Shown one piece after another: positions 11,641-25,689 of a DNA stretch of 64,000 nucleotides. Made by a program: the position numbers and the translations under genes. The notes under the pieces are model-generated. The model searched no databases. It worked only from the letters and a program-made list of their open reading frames with translations, and was not told the origin of the DNA. Each line of letters starts with the position of its first letter. Position 1 is the stretch's first letter. The DNA is from Blasia pusilla (Eukaryota): the NCBI GenBank assembly GCA_050084515.1, contig CM114271.1, forward strand, positions 47,306,001 to 47,370,000, read 5' to 3'.

Positions 11641-14030
11641 TGCATTTAAATTTTTTTCGACCCCTTTGCTTCCTTGAGTAGAAAAAAGAAATGAGTGAAG
11701 ACACATAGCATATCTCAAATTTTTTGTTGAAATTTTAACAATACATGTGTGGCATGTTAGGAGATGAAGCAAAGATAGGATGGTAAAGAGGATTTGGTGA
11801 ATATTTCAATTTTTTTTATAAGCTTCAAATGTAGAAACGAGTCAAGCATGCATAATCGATGGACTACGAATCTCACTCACATGTACACCATCATGGATAA
11901 GGAAACTTTGCAATAAAAGAATGAGTGGAGACTTGTCCTCTTCACAATTACGTAGGTTATGTAAAATATACTCTAAATCTAATGAAGATAATCGTACTTA
12001 ATTGACTGACTATGATTAAATTTTCCTACTTAATGTGAGTACCAAATAATTTTAAGATTCCTTGTACTCTTGTTCTTAATCAACATTTATTATTCAATCT
12101 TTAGTTGGTTGTGTAGGCAAGTCTTTAGTAGCAATAATATGGACTAGAAAATTGGAAAATTAATTTTCCATGAACCTCGAATAAGATAAAGAGTGTCATA
12201 ATCTCCAACTATATTCAAATTGATTCCGCCTTCAATCCCATTTCCAATTCAATTTCTTTTGACACAAACTTCTATGTCATTGTTTCCTTTGAATTACTTC
12301 CTTAGAGTTGATGGCTCATTCTTAATGTACTAGTAACTAATGTGGTAGTTTTGTCTATCCACTCTCCTTTCACATGCTTCAAGAAGATTTGAGGTTATCC
12401 ATTACTTTGGGTTTTACTCCCGCCCTGGTAACAGTTGTATCCTTCTTGCCTTTACGTCGAAACTCTTTATTAGGCAACCCATGTGGTGCTTTAGGATCTA
12501 TCCTAGTACTTTCATTGATTTATTTTCTGATTTTATATTCAACCCCCTTTTCAAACCCATCATATTTGAAACAATTTGAAGTTTGCTTAGAAGAACTTCA
12601 AATTGTTGTACTTATTTGCAAACTGTTGGATTTTATCATGTTGGAATTCTTCATATATATCAAAATTCAATGTTAGTATGAGAAAACCTTCCCTCATTCC
12701 CTCCCCAACCCACTCTTTTAGGGTTGAACTTGTACTAAGTGTACTCTTTTGTTGTTCCCTCATTTTCTCCCTTTTGTAACACGTGTTATTCATATGTTTT
12801 TGTGTCTATGAAACTCAATCTAGTCTTGTGTCACTTTGAAAAGTCATTGCTTCGTCCCCTTTTACCTATTATTTTGCAATGTTTAGAATTCAAATAAATT
12901 GCATTTCTCTTCAAGACTTAAGTTAAATGACGAACTAAAATATGATTTCCCTTTTTCCTTCTTGTTGAATTATTATGGGCTAAAATTCCCTTAGGATCTT
13001 GGCCATATTGGCAATCTAAAAATTCCTATCCTCATCTCCATCTTGATAACTTTTTGCAGTCCAATTCAAATATTTTACAATTCTCTTTGGAACTTAGCAC
13101 CGAATGCCAAGTGAAAATTCATAACCTCCTTCCCTCCTCAACTATCTTTTGCAACCCATCATATTCAAATTTTTTTCAATGAGTAACAACTCAATAATGT
13201 GAGTACTAAAGTCACTCTCCTCAAGATCTTAGGCAACTGGTTTGATTTAGACATGTTGCAATTATCTTTGGAACTTAGGCCCAAGATCAACTGAGGAGTC
13301 ATATATTCCCCCTCAATGATGTTTGACAACCCTTTAGGTTAAGGTTTTTATTTTTCCACAACTCAACTCCAATGCTTGTCCTTCTCTCTTCCCCTCCTTA
13401 GCCACCTTCTGTAACTCTTTGGAATCAAATTGGTATGAAAGGTAATACTTGTTTTATGAACTAATTTTCACTATTTTTAGATTTTTCACTGACTTGGATT
13501 TATGGTTTCTCTAGGGCTTGAATGTGTGTGCTGTCCTTATACAACTAAAAGTAAGAAAATCTCTTTAGATAAAGTTAGAATTTTAATTGTTTCGGTTTAT
13601 GCATTTTTTGAATGGATTTTCTCCCTTCTTCTCCTCTTAAAACCCAACATATTCATCATATTTTTGACTTTTCTTGCATCATCTAGAACTTTATATGATT
13701 TTCTATGATTGCTACTATCAATTCTTGAGTGAAAGTATCTTGATTAAGAAAGAAAAAGAACTTTTACTAGAGCTCGGAAAGAGAAATAAGAAAGCAAAAG
13801 AACCTTTGCTAGAACTTGGGAAGAACATGAATGTTGTCTATAAAGAGGGTCATTGTGGAAAACTAGTGTAGGCATAAGGAACTTTCATAGGGTTTCAACT
13901 AAGTGTATGCCAAAGAGGGGTGCTTAAGGAGGAAGAGGGAGTGCGGATTGTGTACTCAAAAGGAGGGTGAGTTTTATTTTAAAACCAAGGGGCAAGGTTG
14001 TCAAATATTTTTGGTTTAATTTTCAATCAT

Positions 14031-14230
14031 ACTAGTGGGCAGCCCATGCCATGCACGGGAGTGAAAAGACTAATCACATCGCACTCAACATTTTTTTCTT
14101 GCTGCTTGTAGAGGGGGAGACATTTTCTTGCTACCCGTCGAATAGAAAACATTTTCTTGCTGCTCGGTTGCCACATGTCAAGCAAAGAGGTGTTTGCAAA
14201 AAAACCTCTTTGCTTACACTAAAACATTTT
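14031..14230 (-). mobile_element. Non-autonomous Helitron 3' end, copy 1
   Basis: On minus: CCCGTGCATGGCATGGG hairpin about 8-11 nt before terminal CTAG followed by T. The body repeats at 14573-14730 and 36864-36990. Confidence 0.7.
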
Positions 14231-14572
14231 TCTTATTGTGGCACTACCATGTATCAATTGAATAAGTTTTTGCAAATCAAGAAATCATCATCCTTTAATA
14301 GTATAGAATATCATGATCATTTAAATACCCTAAACGTCTTAAAGGTGTAGAATAGCTTATGAGTGCCAATGGTCATTTCCTTCAATCATTCAAGATATCT
14401 TCACCTACCTTATTCTATGGAGACAACTTTTTACATTTTATAGATCAGAAATTTACAAAGGAACACATATAGTATTTTCTCAAATGCATTTTAAAACACT
14501 TTCATTAAATCCATTAAGCCAACCAAGAGGACTAGTAAGAAAACTTCTCGTCCGATGCCCATTTTACTAAAT

Positions 14573-14730
14573 ACTAGTGGGCAGCCCGGGCCATGCACGG
14601 ATGTGAAAAGACTAATCATATTGCACATAATTTTTTATCTTGTTGCCCATATTGGGGGAAATATTTTATTATTGCCCGTATAATAGAAAAGATTTCTCTT
14701 ACTACCCGGTTGCCACATGTTAAAAAAAAA
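14573..14730 (-). mobile_element. Non-autonomous Helitron 3' end, copy 2
   Basis: ACTAGTGGGCAGCCCGGGCCATGCACGG...GAAAAGACTAATCA is a direct repeat of 14031 onward, with the same hairpin + CTAG|T signature. Confidence 0.7.
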
Positions 14731-16098
14731 TGTTAACAAAAACAAAAAATGCTCTCGAATAATAGTATATATTTAATTTAATTTAGAGAAATCGGGTCAA
14801 TCAGATTAAAAACTTCAGAATTCACAACAAATGCGAATCTAATTGAAAAAGAAACTATGAGAAAAGAAGAATGGGAGGAGGTTTCTCCAAAGGCAGATTA
14901 TCCAAAAGAGGAGGTGAGATGGAAAGAATTCCAAATGGAAGGAAAGTGTGGGGTTTCTGAAAGTAGGACAGGGTATGATCAGGAGAAGAGAAAATTTAAA
15001 AAACGAGAGGACAAAGTTTTTCTTTGCAAAATCGTTCACACGATCCCCATCTGATAAAATCACTCCACAATAGCAAATTTTAGACCATCCGGAGTACGGT
15101 TCCGTATGGAGTCGAGTGCGGTCCTGGTTTTTGGCTTTCTTTGGACTTGGTGAGGGAAATTAATAGGACACCGGAACTAGCGAGAGTAAACGGAAGATAA
15201 ATCCTCACACGGCTTGAGGAGTAGAGAAAAAGAAAGTCTGATACGGAAAGAGTGACAGAATTAGACAAATGCTAACAGAAGTAGACCAGAATCCGAATGT
15301 CCATCTCCATTGCATCCTACGAGTTCAAGGAATAACTTTCATTCTGGAATTTGGATCAGCACCTGGCAGAAGGCCTAGTAGAAATTACTCTAGAATGAGA
15401 AATCGAACGGCCTTGTGAATGCAGGTCCAAAAGCATGAATCATTTGACCAGATCAACTGCCAGTTTTGAGATCGGCCCTGAGTGATTCTTCTCGGGAGAC
15501 TTAGAAAATTTGTCTGTCTCTCGAATTGAACTCGTCCAGGGCTTCCACGACCACCACCTTCAATGGAGTGTGAAGAGGATGTACGTTTCTCGTGAGGGTT
15601 TGGTCCACATTTTGGTCATCGCTGTGGTTGTATGAGTGACGGTGGCCTTCGTTCTGCACCGGACAGAGAGAATGCTGAGAATCACTGGCCTGTCGGACTG
15701 GAATGGGTTCACTACTCTGGTTTTTTCTGGATCTAAAAGCTGAGGCGGTTCGTTTGATTACTATGCAGAGGTGGTGGTTGGTTTGGTAAGGATAGATCGT
15801 ATTGGGAGGGACGGATTCTGATACGCAGTAGAGTTTAGATGATATTCTTCTCGATGGGGTTGGAATTTGTGTGAAGCAGCGTTAATAGATCTGTGGTGCG
15901 ACGGAGTGCTGGAGAGTAGCAGGTGTAGTGAGTGAGGAAAAGGATAGGAGTGGGGCGAGCAGCTAGTGGATTTTCGAGCTGTATGCTCCGAAGGGAAGGG
16001 GAAAACTGTGGAGACTATGTTGGCAGGTAGTGGCTGTTGGTTTCTAGGATTTTGCTAGAGACTTCTGGGCTTACAAGGTGAGAGTTAAGGAGACGAAG

Positions 16099-19000
16099 AT
16101 GGAGGGCTTCAAGGCAGCACATCGACTTGTTCTTCCACAGTTCCTTTCTTCACAGGAGTGCAAGGTTTTGAGTTCTGCACTACTTTCTCTATTCTTGTTC
16201 TTGTCTTGGTTCTTCCTGTGGCCAAATAAATGTAAAGAAGTTTTAGGAAGTAGGTTTCATATGATTTACCTGCAAACGTTCTAGGTGTGGGTGAGTTCTT
16301 GAAAAAATTTAAACTCGAACACCAGTGGCGGAAAACTCCTCTAATTGGACATTTAACTTTGCTGTTTAATGGCCAAGAGATGTACGATTTCAGCACGAAA
16401 TACCCTCATAGTTATCACTCGAAAAGGCCCGACATCTCGTGTCCACACCTGTCTACATTTTAGAAGCAATTGAACTTAGACGACCCCAATACACAAACTC
16501 ATATTTGGAGCTATGAGCGACTTCTTGGAGACTATGGAATAAGTTGGTGTGTTGTATCTCGAGTTGTGCAGGAACTCGAGTTCATCCACAAAAGTTGTGG
16601 CGTTGTTGGATACAGGCCCTGTGTCCTCTCAACCACTCTGTCTCATCTGATAGCTACCAATTGTGCTGATCTTATCGTGCCTATACTGCCAGTGCGAGGT
16701 GTTCTCCTCTGACTGACCTGACCTTATCTTTTGATTCATCACCATACAAAAGAATCTCAGTCAACCACTTCCCCTCGCAAGTATCTTTCCTGTTCATCAC
16801 AGCAGCTAAGTTCCTTGAAAGTGCAAGAATCTGATGTAAACGTAGAAGCTATTCTAGTTTTAGAATGGTCAAAAGGATGGAAAATCAATATGGTCCATAG
16901 TTGGAGTCACATACGCCAGTGTCCTTTCTTATCTCCTTGCAGCTATTAATACGAGAAGGTGAAGACAGGTTTGGTGAACCAAACAAACTTATCAATGCGA
17001 TTTCACCTCTATCTGGGTCACCATCCTACTAGAAGTTTAGTGGTTTCATTACTTTTAACCTTGAAGAAATAAAACTACATGAGTGCAAAGTGCACAAGTA
17101 GGATCTCGTGACTGACATCCTGCATCATATTGTTTCTGTGTCTGAAGAAAGGGTCAAGGAAGCTGTGGAGGAGCATTTTGGTTGTGAGTATGAATTATTC
17201 ACGGAGTTCACGGGCCTGATCAGGTTAGCTCTTTTTCCTCCAACATTATAAGACTGAAGGTTTCTATTAAATACTATTTTTTCTGCCACGTCCAAAGCAT
17301 TCCTTGAATCATATATGTTCCATATGGGGAGAATCTTTAGGCCTGAGTTCAGGATGATTTAGTCCACATGTTTTGAAGTAAGCAAGACTCGATGGCAATG
17401 GTGCACCATTTTTATTTGTATCTTTGCTTTTGCACAGTTGGACCAAAGGAGCCAAGATTGGATGGCACAGTGACAGCAATAGACCCTATCTAAAGCAGCG
17501 ACACTATTCGGTCTGCAGCATTTTCAACCTCATTGTGATAGTGCTCTGTAGAGAACCACTCACTGCCTGTCACAGCAGCAGGGCCAGACCCACCGAAATT
17601 CTTTGTCCAATTTAAAATTCGCTCTTGTATCAGTTTTAACCAGCACTGTTTCCTGGAAGTACCAGGTATAGACAAGTACTCGTGACATCAGTGGATAATA
17701 GAGTGGTGTTCCATAGCTACTGGAAATGGTGCGAGGATGTGTCTCAACCATTTGTGTTAAGAGCTGTGAAGGTGGAAGTTGTGACAAAAGCTTTGATTCT
17801 TGTGTCACATGTACCTTTTGACATGATCTTGTTTGCAGGCAGTGTGCTATTTGAACAACTATGGGCAGGACTTCAAAGGAGGCTTGTTCCACTTTCAAGA
17901 AGGGGAGCCTCTTAGAATCCTCCCAATGGCCGGGGTACTTTTCTTGGCCCATATTAACTTGTTGATCAATTCATATAAGTTTTTCAGTTCTGAAAACTGC
18001 TAAAGCAAGTATATGGAATGGCTGTACTTGGATGAAGAGGACTTCTGCATGAACATTATGGGTTTTGATGGTGGATATAATAGGTTTAATATAATTGAGG
18101 ATACAGCAGTCCTGTCTCAGGAAAGAACTCATGCTATCTCTAGTCTTCCAGAAGTTACTCAGAATCTCCAAAATGCACTTAAAGTAGATTTCAACTCAAT
18201 TCTGCAGTGGCTTTCTTTGTGTGCATCCTTTTCTTGACATTGATAACAATGCTAGTTTTCCTAGCAAGCTCACGAATGCCTCAAGTATGAAGGTGGTTTG
18301 TGTTAGATATCAGCATGTAGCTGATTACCAGCGACCTTCCTCTATTGACACCATGCCTAGCCACCTCCGCAGATATAATAGGACAGGCAGGTCATTCTTA
18401 TGACTCACCTCTTATGTGTCAGTGAACAGGTGTCACTTGTTAGTGACTCAGCACTCCTGGACGTGAATTGCATTTTCTTCTGTTAGGACACGTTTTCTGT
18501 TGTAGGTAGGGCAACATAGAGGGCCCTGTGTATTTAAAGAGCAACTATGATCCGCTCTTTGCTGCAGATCACATTCCTTACAGATGCGTGCTGTTCTATT
18601 GCCTTGCTTGCTATTTCTTCTGCAATTAAAGGTCAGTCTAGATTCCTGAATTGATCAACATGGTATCAGAGCCATAGGCAGGATAGGAGTAAGGATCCTC
18701 CGTACATACTAGGTGGTATGTGGTAGAACTTAGGAGTAAGGTTTAAGAATATCTGCAGAGACGAGTCCATAGAGGACCCGTGACCAGTCATGAGAAGCAG
18801 TGGCTGATCAGTTCTGTCTTAGAAGAGTGTCCAAGAAGCATTGTGTTTCTATAGAAGGACAGCTGTGTGACTGGCGAGAGATATCAAGCAGGCACCCAAA
18901 GTGGGTGTGCTTTCATGTGCTTGAAATCTTACTCCAATTGAGGGCGTAGAAATTGAGAGGAAAACCAGGTGAATCTTGTCAACTAGTAATGGCTCATCTT

Positions 19001-22000
19001 AGAGCTTCAGATATTCCTAAGTTTGATGGAACTTATTTTCAAGTCTGGAAACAGAGAATGATATTGGTTCTCAGATCTGAAGCACTTATGGAGATGGCAG
19101 AGGGAGCAGAAAGGAAACCCCTAGAACCTGCTGCAGCAGCTCTATGGATCAAGAAAGATAGTCTTGTCTCCTCTATCATTGCAAACTCACTAGAGAACAA
19201 TCAATTCTCTCTCCTGAGTGGCTGCTCGACGTCTGCTGATGCCTGGAAAAGAATGACCGATCTTTTCGAGCAAAAGGACCAGGTAACACAAATGTATCTA
19301 AAAGATCAGTTGTCAACAATCAAGATGAGAGAGGGTGAAAGTGTACTAAAACACATTCATCGCTTGACATCCATTCTGGATCAACTGACAGCTGCTGGGG
19401 CTGTCCTCAGTGAAGAAGAGAAGGTTTTAGATCTGATGCGAGGCATGCCTCAAAGTTACAGAAGTTTTTTGATTTCTATTCCAGTCCAGCCCAATTTGAC
19501 CATGACAACTCTCATTCCTCAATTGTTGCAAGAAGAAACTCATTGAAGAATATGGGTGGGAGTGCTGAGTCATCAACAGCACTCTATATAGGTGGTAATC
19601 AAAGATTCAATCAATGAAGAGGAAGCTACAGGAAGAAGCTTCCGATCACATCAATTCGCTGTTTCTATTGTAAGCAATTAGGACACATATTGAAGAATTG
19701 TCCTAAGAGATTGCAGAAGCTACATCAGAGTAATAATGTTGGAACTAAACTCTATGTTACAGCCCTGACTGCCTCAAATAGTCCAGATACAGCTTGGTAT
19801 GTGGACACTGGAGCCACTCAGCACATGGCTCACGACCTCAGCACATTCACCACTTTCCGAGCTTGTAATACAGATCAGCAACAGGTGGTGTATTTTGGAG
19901 ATGACACAACCCAGCCTATTCAAGGAACAGGGTCAGTAAGCATCAGGCTACTGGATGGAGTACAAACTGTCATCCCAGATGTGTTGTATGTCCCTGGTCT
20001 AAAGAAGAATCTGTTCTCAGTGGATCAATTTGATCAAGCAGGAGGACAGGTCACAATCAAGAATCGTCGTTGTACCCTGAACAACAAAGCTGGGGTACCA
20101 ATAGCAAAGTGCAGGTCGAAGAACAAGTTGTATATGCTAGGTGAGTCCATAACACCTAAGCAATCAACCAGAGATTCCACCTGCAAGGAGACCACTGCTC
20201 TCTCTGCAACAACTACTGCTGTTTTGTGACATGAGAGGCTTGGCCACATCAGCCAAGCGAGACTCATAGCACTTCAAAAACAAAATTTGGTGAAGGGCGT
20301 AAACTTTGACAACTTTCCTCTTTGTATCACATGAATAAAGTCCAAGCAAGTGAGGGAGAAATTTCCAACAGATGGTGTCAGGTCTCGAAAAGGCTTATTG
20401 AGGTGAAGCAATAGTGACAGCAAACTACTTGCAGAACAGATCACCAACAAAGGCTCTGGAGGGTGATAAGACACCATATGAGGTTTGGTACAGAGAGCCT
20501 CCAGATCTTAGTCACATTAGAATTTTTGGGTGTACAGCTTTTGCACTAATTCCTTCTTCTCAAAGGAGAAAACTAGATGTAAAATCAGAAGAATGTATTC
20601 TTCTTGGTTATGATGAGCAAAGAAAAGGATACAGGTTGCAAAAGAAATTTGACAAAACCATCACCACTTCTAGGGATGTAAAATTCCAAGAGGGCAAAAT
20701 GGCATTTGTTGGTTTACGTAAAAAGGAGGACGATTCCTTGTTTGAGTTCCCGGAGTCCTGGGGAACGAGTTTAGTGGGAGCCTTACCAACTCCGGCATCG
20801 ACTACCACTGAAGGAAAAAGTGTACTAACACCAGGTATGAGCACTCCAAGTACTAGTAAGAGTGCTAGTGAGATTCCAACAGAGAGCCGTTTTCTTTATG
20901 TTGCACCAGAACAAGTTCAGAAGGAGCCACAGATTGTTCAAATAGAGTCCAACAACACAACTCCAACAGAAGCGAGTGCTGGACCAAGAAGATCTGAAAG
21001 GGTTTCAAGGCAAGTGCAGAAATATGATGCAGCACATCAGGAATCGCGCCCAAGGAATCCAGATAAAGAGAAGTTGACTCAGGCATTAATGAGTCAACAA
21101 GAGAAGCGTAACAATATTGAAGAACCCGAGACGTATGAAGAAGCTCTCTCTGGGCAGCAAGCAGTTCATTGGAAGGATGCAATGGAACAAGAGCTCGAAT
21201 CCATGAGGTTGAATAACCTTTGGTCATTCACTTCACTTCCACCAGGTAGAAAGGCCGTGGGATGTAAATGGGTTTTCAAAATGAAGTACAATGCAGATGG
21301 GAGCATTGAAAGGTACAAAGCAAGATTGGTAGCAAAAGGCTACTCACAAGTTTATGGTGTGGACTACACTGAGACATTCTCACCTGTAGTCAAAACAACT
21401 TCAATCCGAGTTATGCTTGCTCTGGCAGCACAGTTTGATCTTGAAGTACATCAGATGGATGTAAAGACAGCATTTCTGAATGGTATACTTGAGGAGGAAG
21501 TATATATGGAGATGCCAGAGGGGGTGTCAGATCCTACTTGCCAAGATCAAGTTTGTAGGCTGCACAAGTCCATTTATGGACTTAAACAGTCATCAAGAAT
21601 GTGGTATCAAATGATGGATAGTTTTCTGATCATAATAGGATTTCGGAGATGTGATAGTGACACAAATGTTTACATCCTGAATGATCAGGAATATTTTGTG
21701 CAATTGGCCCTATACGTAGATGACGCCGTACTGATTAGTAATTGTACACCACTGCTAATATCTGTCTAAGACTCAATGAAAAAGGAGTTTAGAATGACAG
21801 ATCTGGGAGAAATCCATCATTTCCTTCAAATGGAAGTAACTAGGAACAGAAAGGAAGGGTGGATTAGACTATCTCAAAGTAGGTATGTCAACAATGTACT
21901 TGCAAAGTTTAAAATGTCAGACTGCAAACCTGTAGATACACCAGTACAATCAGGGAAGAAGCTATCAAGAAAGGATTCCCGGAGGTATGAAGAAGAAAGA

Positions 22001-24352
22001 AGCTTCAAGAGAAAGATACCTTATAAAAGTGCAGCAGGTAGTCTAATATGGGCAATGGTTTGTACCAGGCCTGACATTTCTTTTGCTGTGAGTATGATTT
22101 CTAGATATATGGCTGAACCAGGTCCAGCCCATTGGGGTGCTGTGAAAAGGATTTTTAGATATCAATAAGGGACAGCAAACTTAGGACTCGTGTACAGTAG
22201 GAAAAACAGCCTAGAACCATTGTATGGTTACTCTGATGCTGATTGGGGAGGTTATCAGGATGATCGAACATCAACCTCTGGTTTCTGTTTCTTGTTAGGA
22301 CACGCAGCTGTCTGCTGGGGAAGCAAGAAGCAGAAATCTGTTGCTCTATCCACTACTGAGGCAGAGTACATGGCTCTAACTAGAGCTCTCACAGAGGCAA
22401 CTTGGTTACGAAATTTTTTAATTGAGATTGGGAATCAGCAAGGGAGGACTGTAATATATTGTGATAACCAGAGTGCTATTGCTTTGTTAGATAGAACAAG
22501 ATCTAGTGAGAGGACAAAACACATCGACATTCAGTATCATTTTACTAAGGAGATGGTACAAAAGGGTTTGATACAAGTAGTAGATCGTGACACCCATGAC
22601 ATGGTCGCAGATATTCTCATAAAAGGTTTAACTAGGGAGAAACATGTGTTTCATAGAGATACTATCAATGGAGGTAGTCACTGAGTGGGAGTGTTAGATA
22701 TCAGCATGTAGCTGATTACCAGCGACCTTCCTCTATTGACACCATGCCTAGCCACCTCCGCAGATATAATAGGACAGGCAGGTCATTCTTATGACTCACC
22801 TCTTATGTGTCAGTGAACAGGTGTCACTTGTTAGTGACTCAGCACTCCTGGACGTGAATTGCATTTTCTTCTGTTAGGACACGTTTTCTGTTGTAGGTAG
22901 GGCAACATAGAGGGCCCTGTGTATTTAAAGAGCAACTATGATCCGCTCTTTGCTGCAGATCACATTCCTTACAGATGCGTGCTGTTCTATTGCCTTGCTT
23001 GCTATTTCTTCTGCAATTAAAGGTCAGTCTAGAGTCCTGAATTGATCAACAGTTTGGTCTAATCTTCTTGCTCACAGAGGTAGTTTTCCGAGTTTCTGGG
23101 GTTTTTAGTTGAGTTTTCTTTGTGTGGACAGACGGTTGTTATCTATACAGCCGATGGGAAGAACATGCACTGTGTCGATGAGGTTACAGATGGAGAGCGC
23201 TGCACAATGGCCTTATGGTTCACTTTAGACAGTGCACATGATGAAGACAAGAAACTTATCAAGCAACTCTCCACAATTGCCTCAGAAACGTCATGTGCTA
23301 CAGTATCAAACCAAGACTTGGAAGGTGAGATGAAGAAGCCATTGAAGCAGCTTGAGGTCATGTCCAACATCGTGCCAGATGTGGTAGCATCTTCTCATTT
23401 GTAATGGTGCTCCCCTGCAGATGTTCAAGTCAAAGCTGATCAGATGGAAATGATGATCAAATCAAACAATGGTGGGATAAATGGGTTTGATAGTCTTCAT
23501 CGAAGAGGCTCATGCGTGAATGTCAATCAGCAGTGTAAAATTATACCTGAAGTAAACGTGCGTCATCCTATTTCAGCATCAAGTCTGATGTACATGAGTC
23601 TTAATGACCATAATCATCATGCTCAGAGTGCAAATAAAAGTGTTCTAGAACAATCTTCCAGCCCACCCTCTGCAGAAATTTCCAAGAGTGATCTGCGTAT
23701 TGCACGAATGGCATTCCTCGGATTCAGGTGCTTGTTTGTGGCAACAACTTCAGGTGAACAAGAGGACCAACCTGTTGAGCTGTTATATAAGCTCAAGAAG
23801 GTGCCCCACATATTTTCAAGCGTATTACATGCGGTCCAGGTAAGATTTTATTTTGATGTGCAAGCTTGGTACTTCAAAAATTTCTCAAGCTTCCCTGGTT
23901 GTCTTACTGTCCGTGGTATCTTGAGACCACCTGCCTTCTATGTACCATGCAACACCTCTGGAGTGATACAACGGTATTGTGCTGTGTTTTGAGTTCAGGT
24001 AGTGCAATTTCACCAGTATAGAACTTCAGAATCTCAAGGAGAATCCTTATCAAACATCCAAAAGTTGAGTGGCAGTGCTCCTGGCATCTTCACTTCGGCA
24101 AAATGTGATACAAACCATAGTATAGTAGGCAAACACTTTGCTAGTTTGGATGCAGGTTGTGAACAGCAATCATTGTCCCCTGCAGGTGAATCATGTTACA
24201 GGTCGGAGACAGACGAGTTAGAGTTTGAATCCTTTCTGTACAGTCTCCAATGCTGGCAAATGTATACCTGCAATTTATGGAAGAAAGTGTCATCGTTTCT
24301 TCCTGCGTGGAGGGAAACTAGCTCACTAGGAAATTATGATTCAGCTGTATGA
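16099..24352 (+). CDS. 2-oxoglutarate/Fe(II)-dependent dioxygenase (prolyl-3-hydroxylase-like plant family). Exons 16099-16164, 16572-16698, 17148-17223, 17438-17510, 17839-17934, 23132-23324, 23421-23839, 23999-24352
   Basis: Spliced protein has FLSSQECKELEFIHKS, FTEFTGLISW..GAKIGWHSD (HxD), YSAVCYLNNYGQDFKGG.FHF, VIYTAD.KNMHCVDEVTDGERCTMALWFT (distal His and 2OG-binding Arg). Introns are GT-AG with consistent phases. The 3' exon boundaries are less certain. Confidence 0.85.
18301..18660 (+). repeat. 5' LTR of copia element
   Basis: TGTTAGATATC...TTGATCAACA; one visible mismatch versus the 3' LTR (GATTCC vs GAGTCC). Confidence 0.97.
22692..23051 (+). repeat. 3' LTR of copia element
   Basis: Follows the PPT, ends in CA, followed by TSD GTTTG. 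Confidence 0.97.
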
Positions 24353-24960
24353 GAACAGAAGTTGTACTTCAACTTGAAACACACTTGAATTGTAGAAGCG
24401 TGCTTGGGAAGGTACTTGGGAGCTCACAATGAATGACCATAGCGTTGGTACCTGCAGTAACCCGTTTTACCCAACTCACCCAAGTGAAGTAGAGCTGCTA
24501 CCATAGGATATCTCATTCCTTCCAACATGACTCTTTATGGCAATTTCATCCTCTCAAAGATGCACAACTTGAATAAAAGAGGATGGGGGAACCCATCAAG
24601 AGTACAAAAAGGGTGGACACTGAGCCAATGAACTTCAAGGCCACGAACTGTTGTCAGGGGGGGAAAATAGGTAAATGCGTGAAACCTAAATTCGCCAATA
24701 GTTGAAACAAGAACAACAATTTTGAAGAAACATGATTGTTGGAAAGAGGGATTCTACTAGTGGTGCCTTGCACTATCCAATTCCACCTCAAAAGTTCACT
24801 TGCTTGGGCATGCTACAAAACGATGGATACATATTGTCTACAACATAAGGGTCTAGTAGTAGCAACAAAACCTACCGTCCTCCCAAAGTGGGCACTTGTT
24901 GAGGTTTAAGTGAGATACAATGGCGAACTTCTGATAATTTTACTCTTGGTTTGAAGGGAC

Positions 24961-25049
24961 GTGGTGAGTGATTGCAATGTCCATGAGATGGCTAGTGAGA
25001 TAGGTGGTGAGTGATTGCATATGTTCATGAGATGGCTAGTGAGATAGGG
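24961..25049. repeat. ~44-bp tandem duplication
   Basis: GTGGTGAGTGATTGCA(T)ATGTYCATGAGATGGCTAGTGAGATAGG occurs twice in tandem. Confidence 0.8.
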
Positions 25050-25689
25050 ACGTTCACAAATGAGATTTGAGGAAGGTATGAGATGATCACGACACTCAGT
25101 TGAAACGGATCCACTCAATGGAATCGCCAATGATATTATCTCTATGCGCTCAGGATTCATCCTACATCTATCGATCACTCTAGTGGTCATGACTCTCTTG
25201 TTAACTTAGTATATCAAACAGAAAAATGTTTGTGTCATTGAGTACCATCCTTGGCATCAATGAAACATATTCGTCTATGAACATTCGCCATGAAATATGA
25301 TGATTTTCAAAGTAGAAATATGAAATATTGTCTTCATAGTAAACTGGTCGGACGTACTTTCATGAATGCATTGGTACTCCTTACTAACATTGAGGATGTG
25401 GAGAAAAAAAAAAGACAAGCCCTTGATAACTTGAGAACCTATATCCACACTGTGTGAAGTTATTAATAGACATAATGATATTCTTGCACCCCTTGTTGAT
25501 CATGACATCCCATCTTTCTTGTTTACAACTAGTACTGGTATATCTATACCTCTCTTAGACGCACTTGAGTTAAATGCTCCTATCATTAACTTCTCCCAAC
25601 TAAATCATGACCAAGCTTAGGTATTTCTTGCTCTTAAAGAGAAGAGACATAGATTGGTGCATATTACATGACCTCCACGCTCTAGGAAA

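Larger units (their letters stand above)
18301..23051 (+). mobile_element. Ty1/copia LTR retrotransposon, structurally complete termini but defective coding region, in intron 5 of the dioxygenase gene
   Basis: 360-bp TG...CA LTRs (18301-18660, 22692-23051), 5-bp TSD GTTTG, PBS TGGTATCAGAGC (18661-18672) and PPT GAGTGGGAG. Coding order gag (KFDGTYFQVWK; CFYCKQLGHILKNC knuckle), protease WYVDTGATQHM, integrase remnants, RT (YKARLVAKGY, QMDVKTAFLNG, LYVDD), RNase H (YSDADWGG, STTEAEY). Confidence 0.97.
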
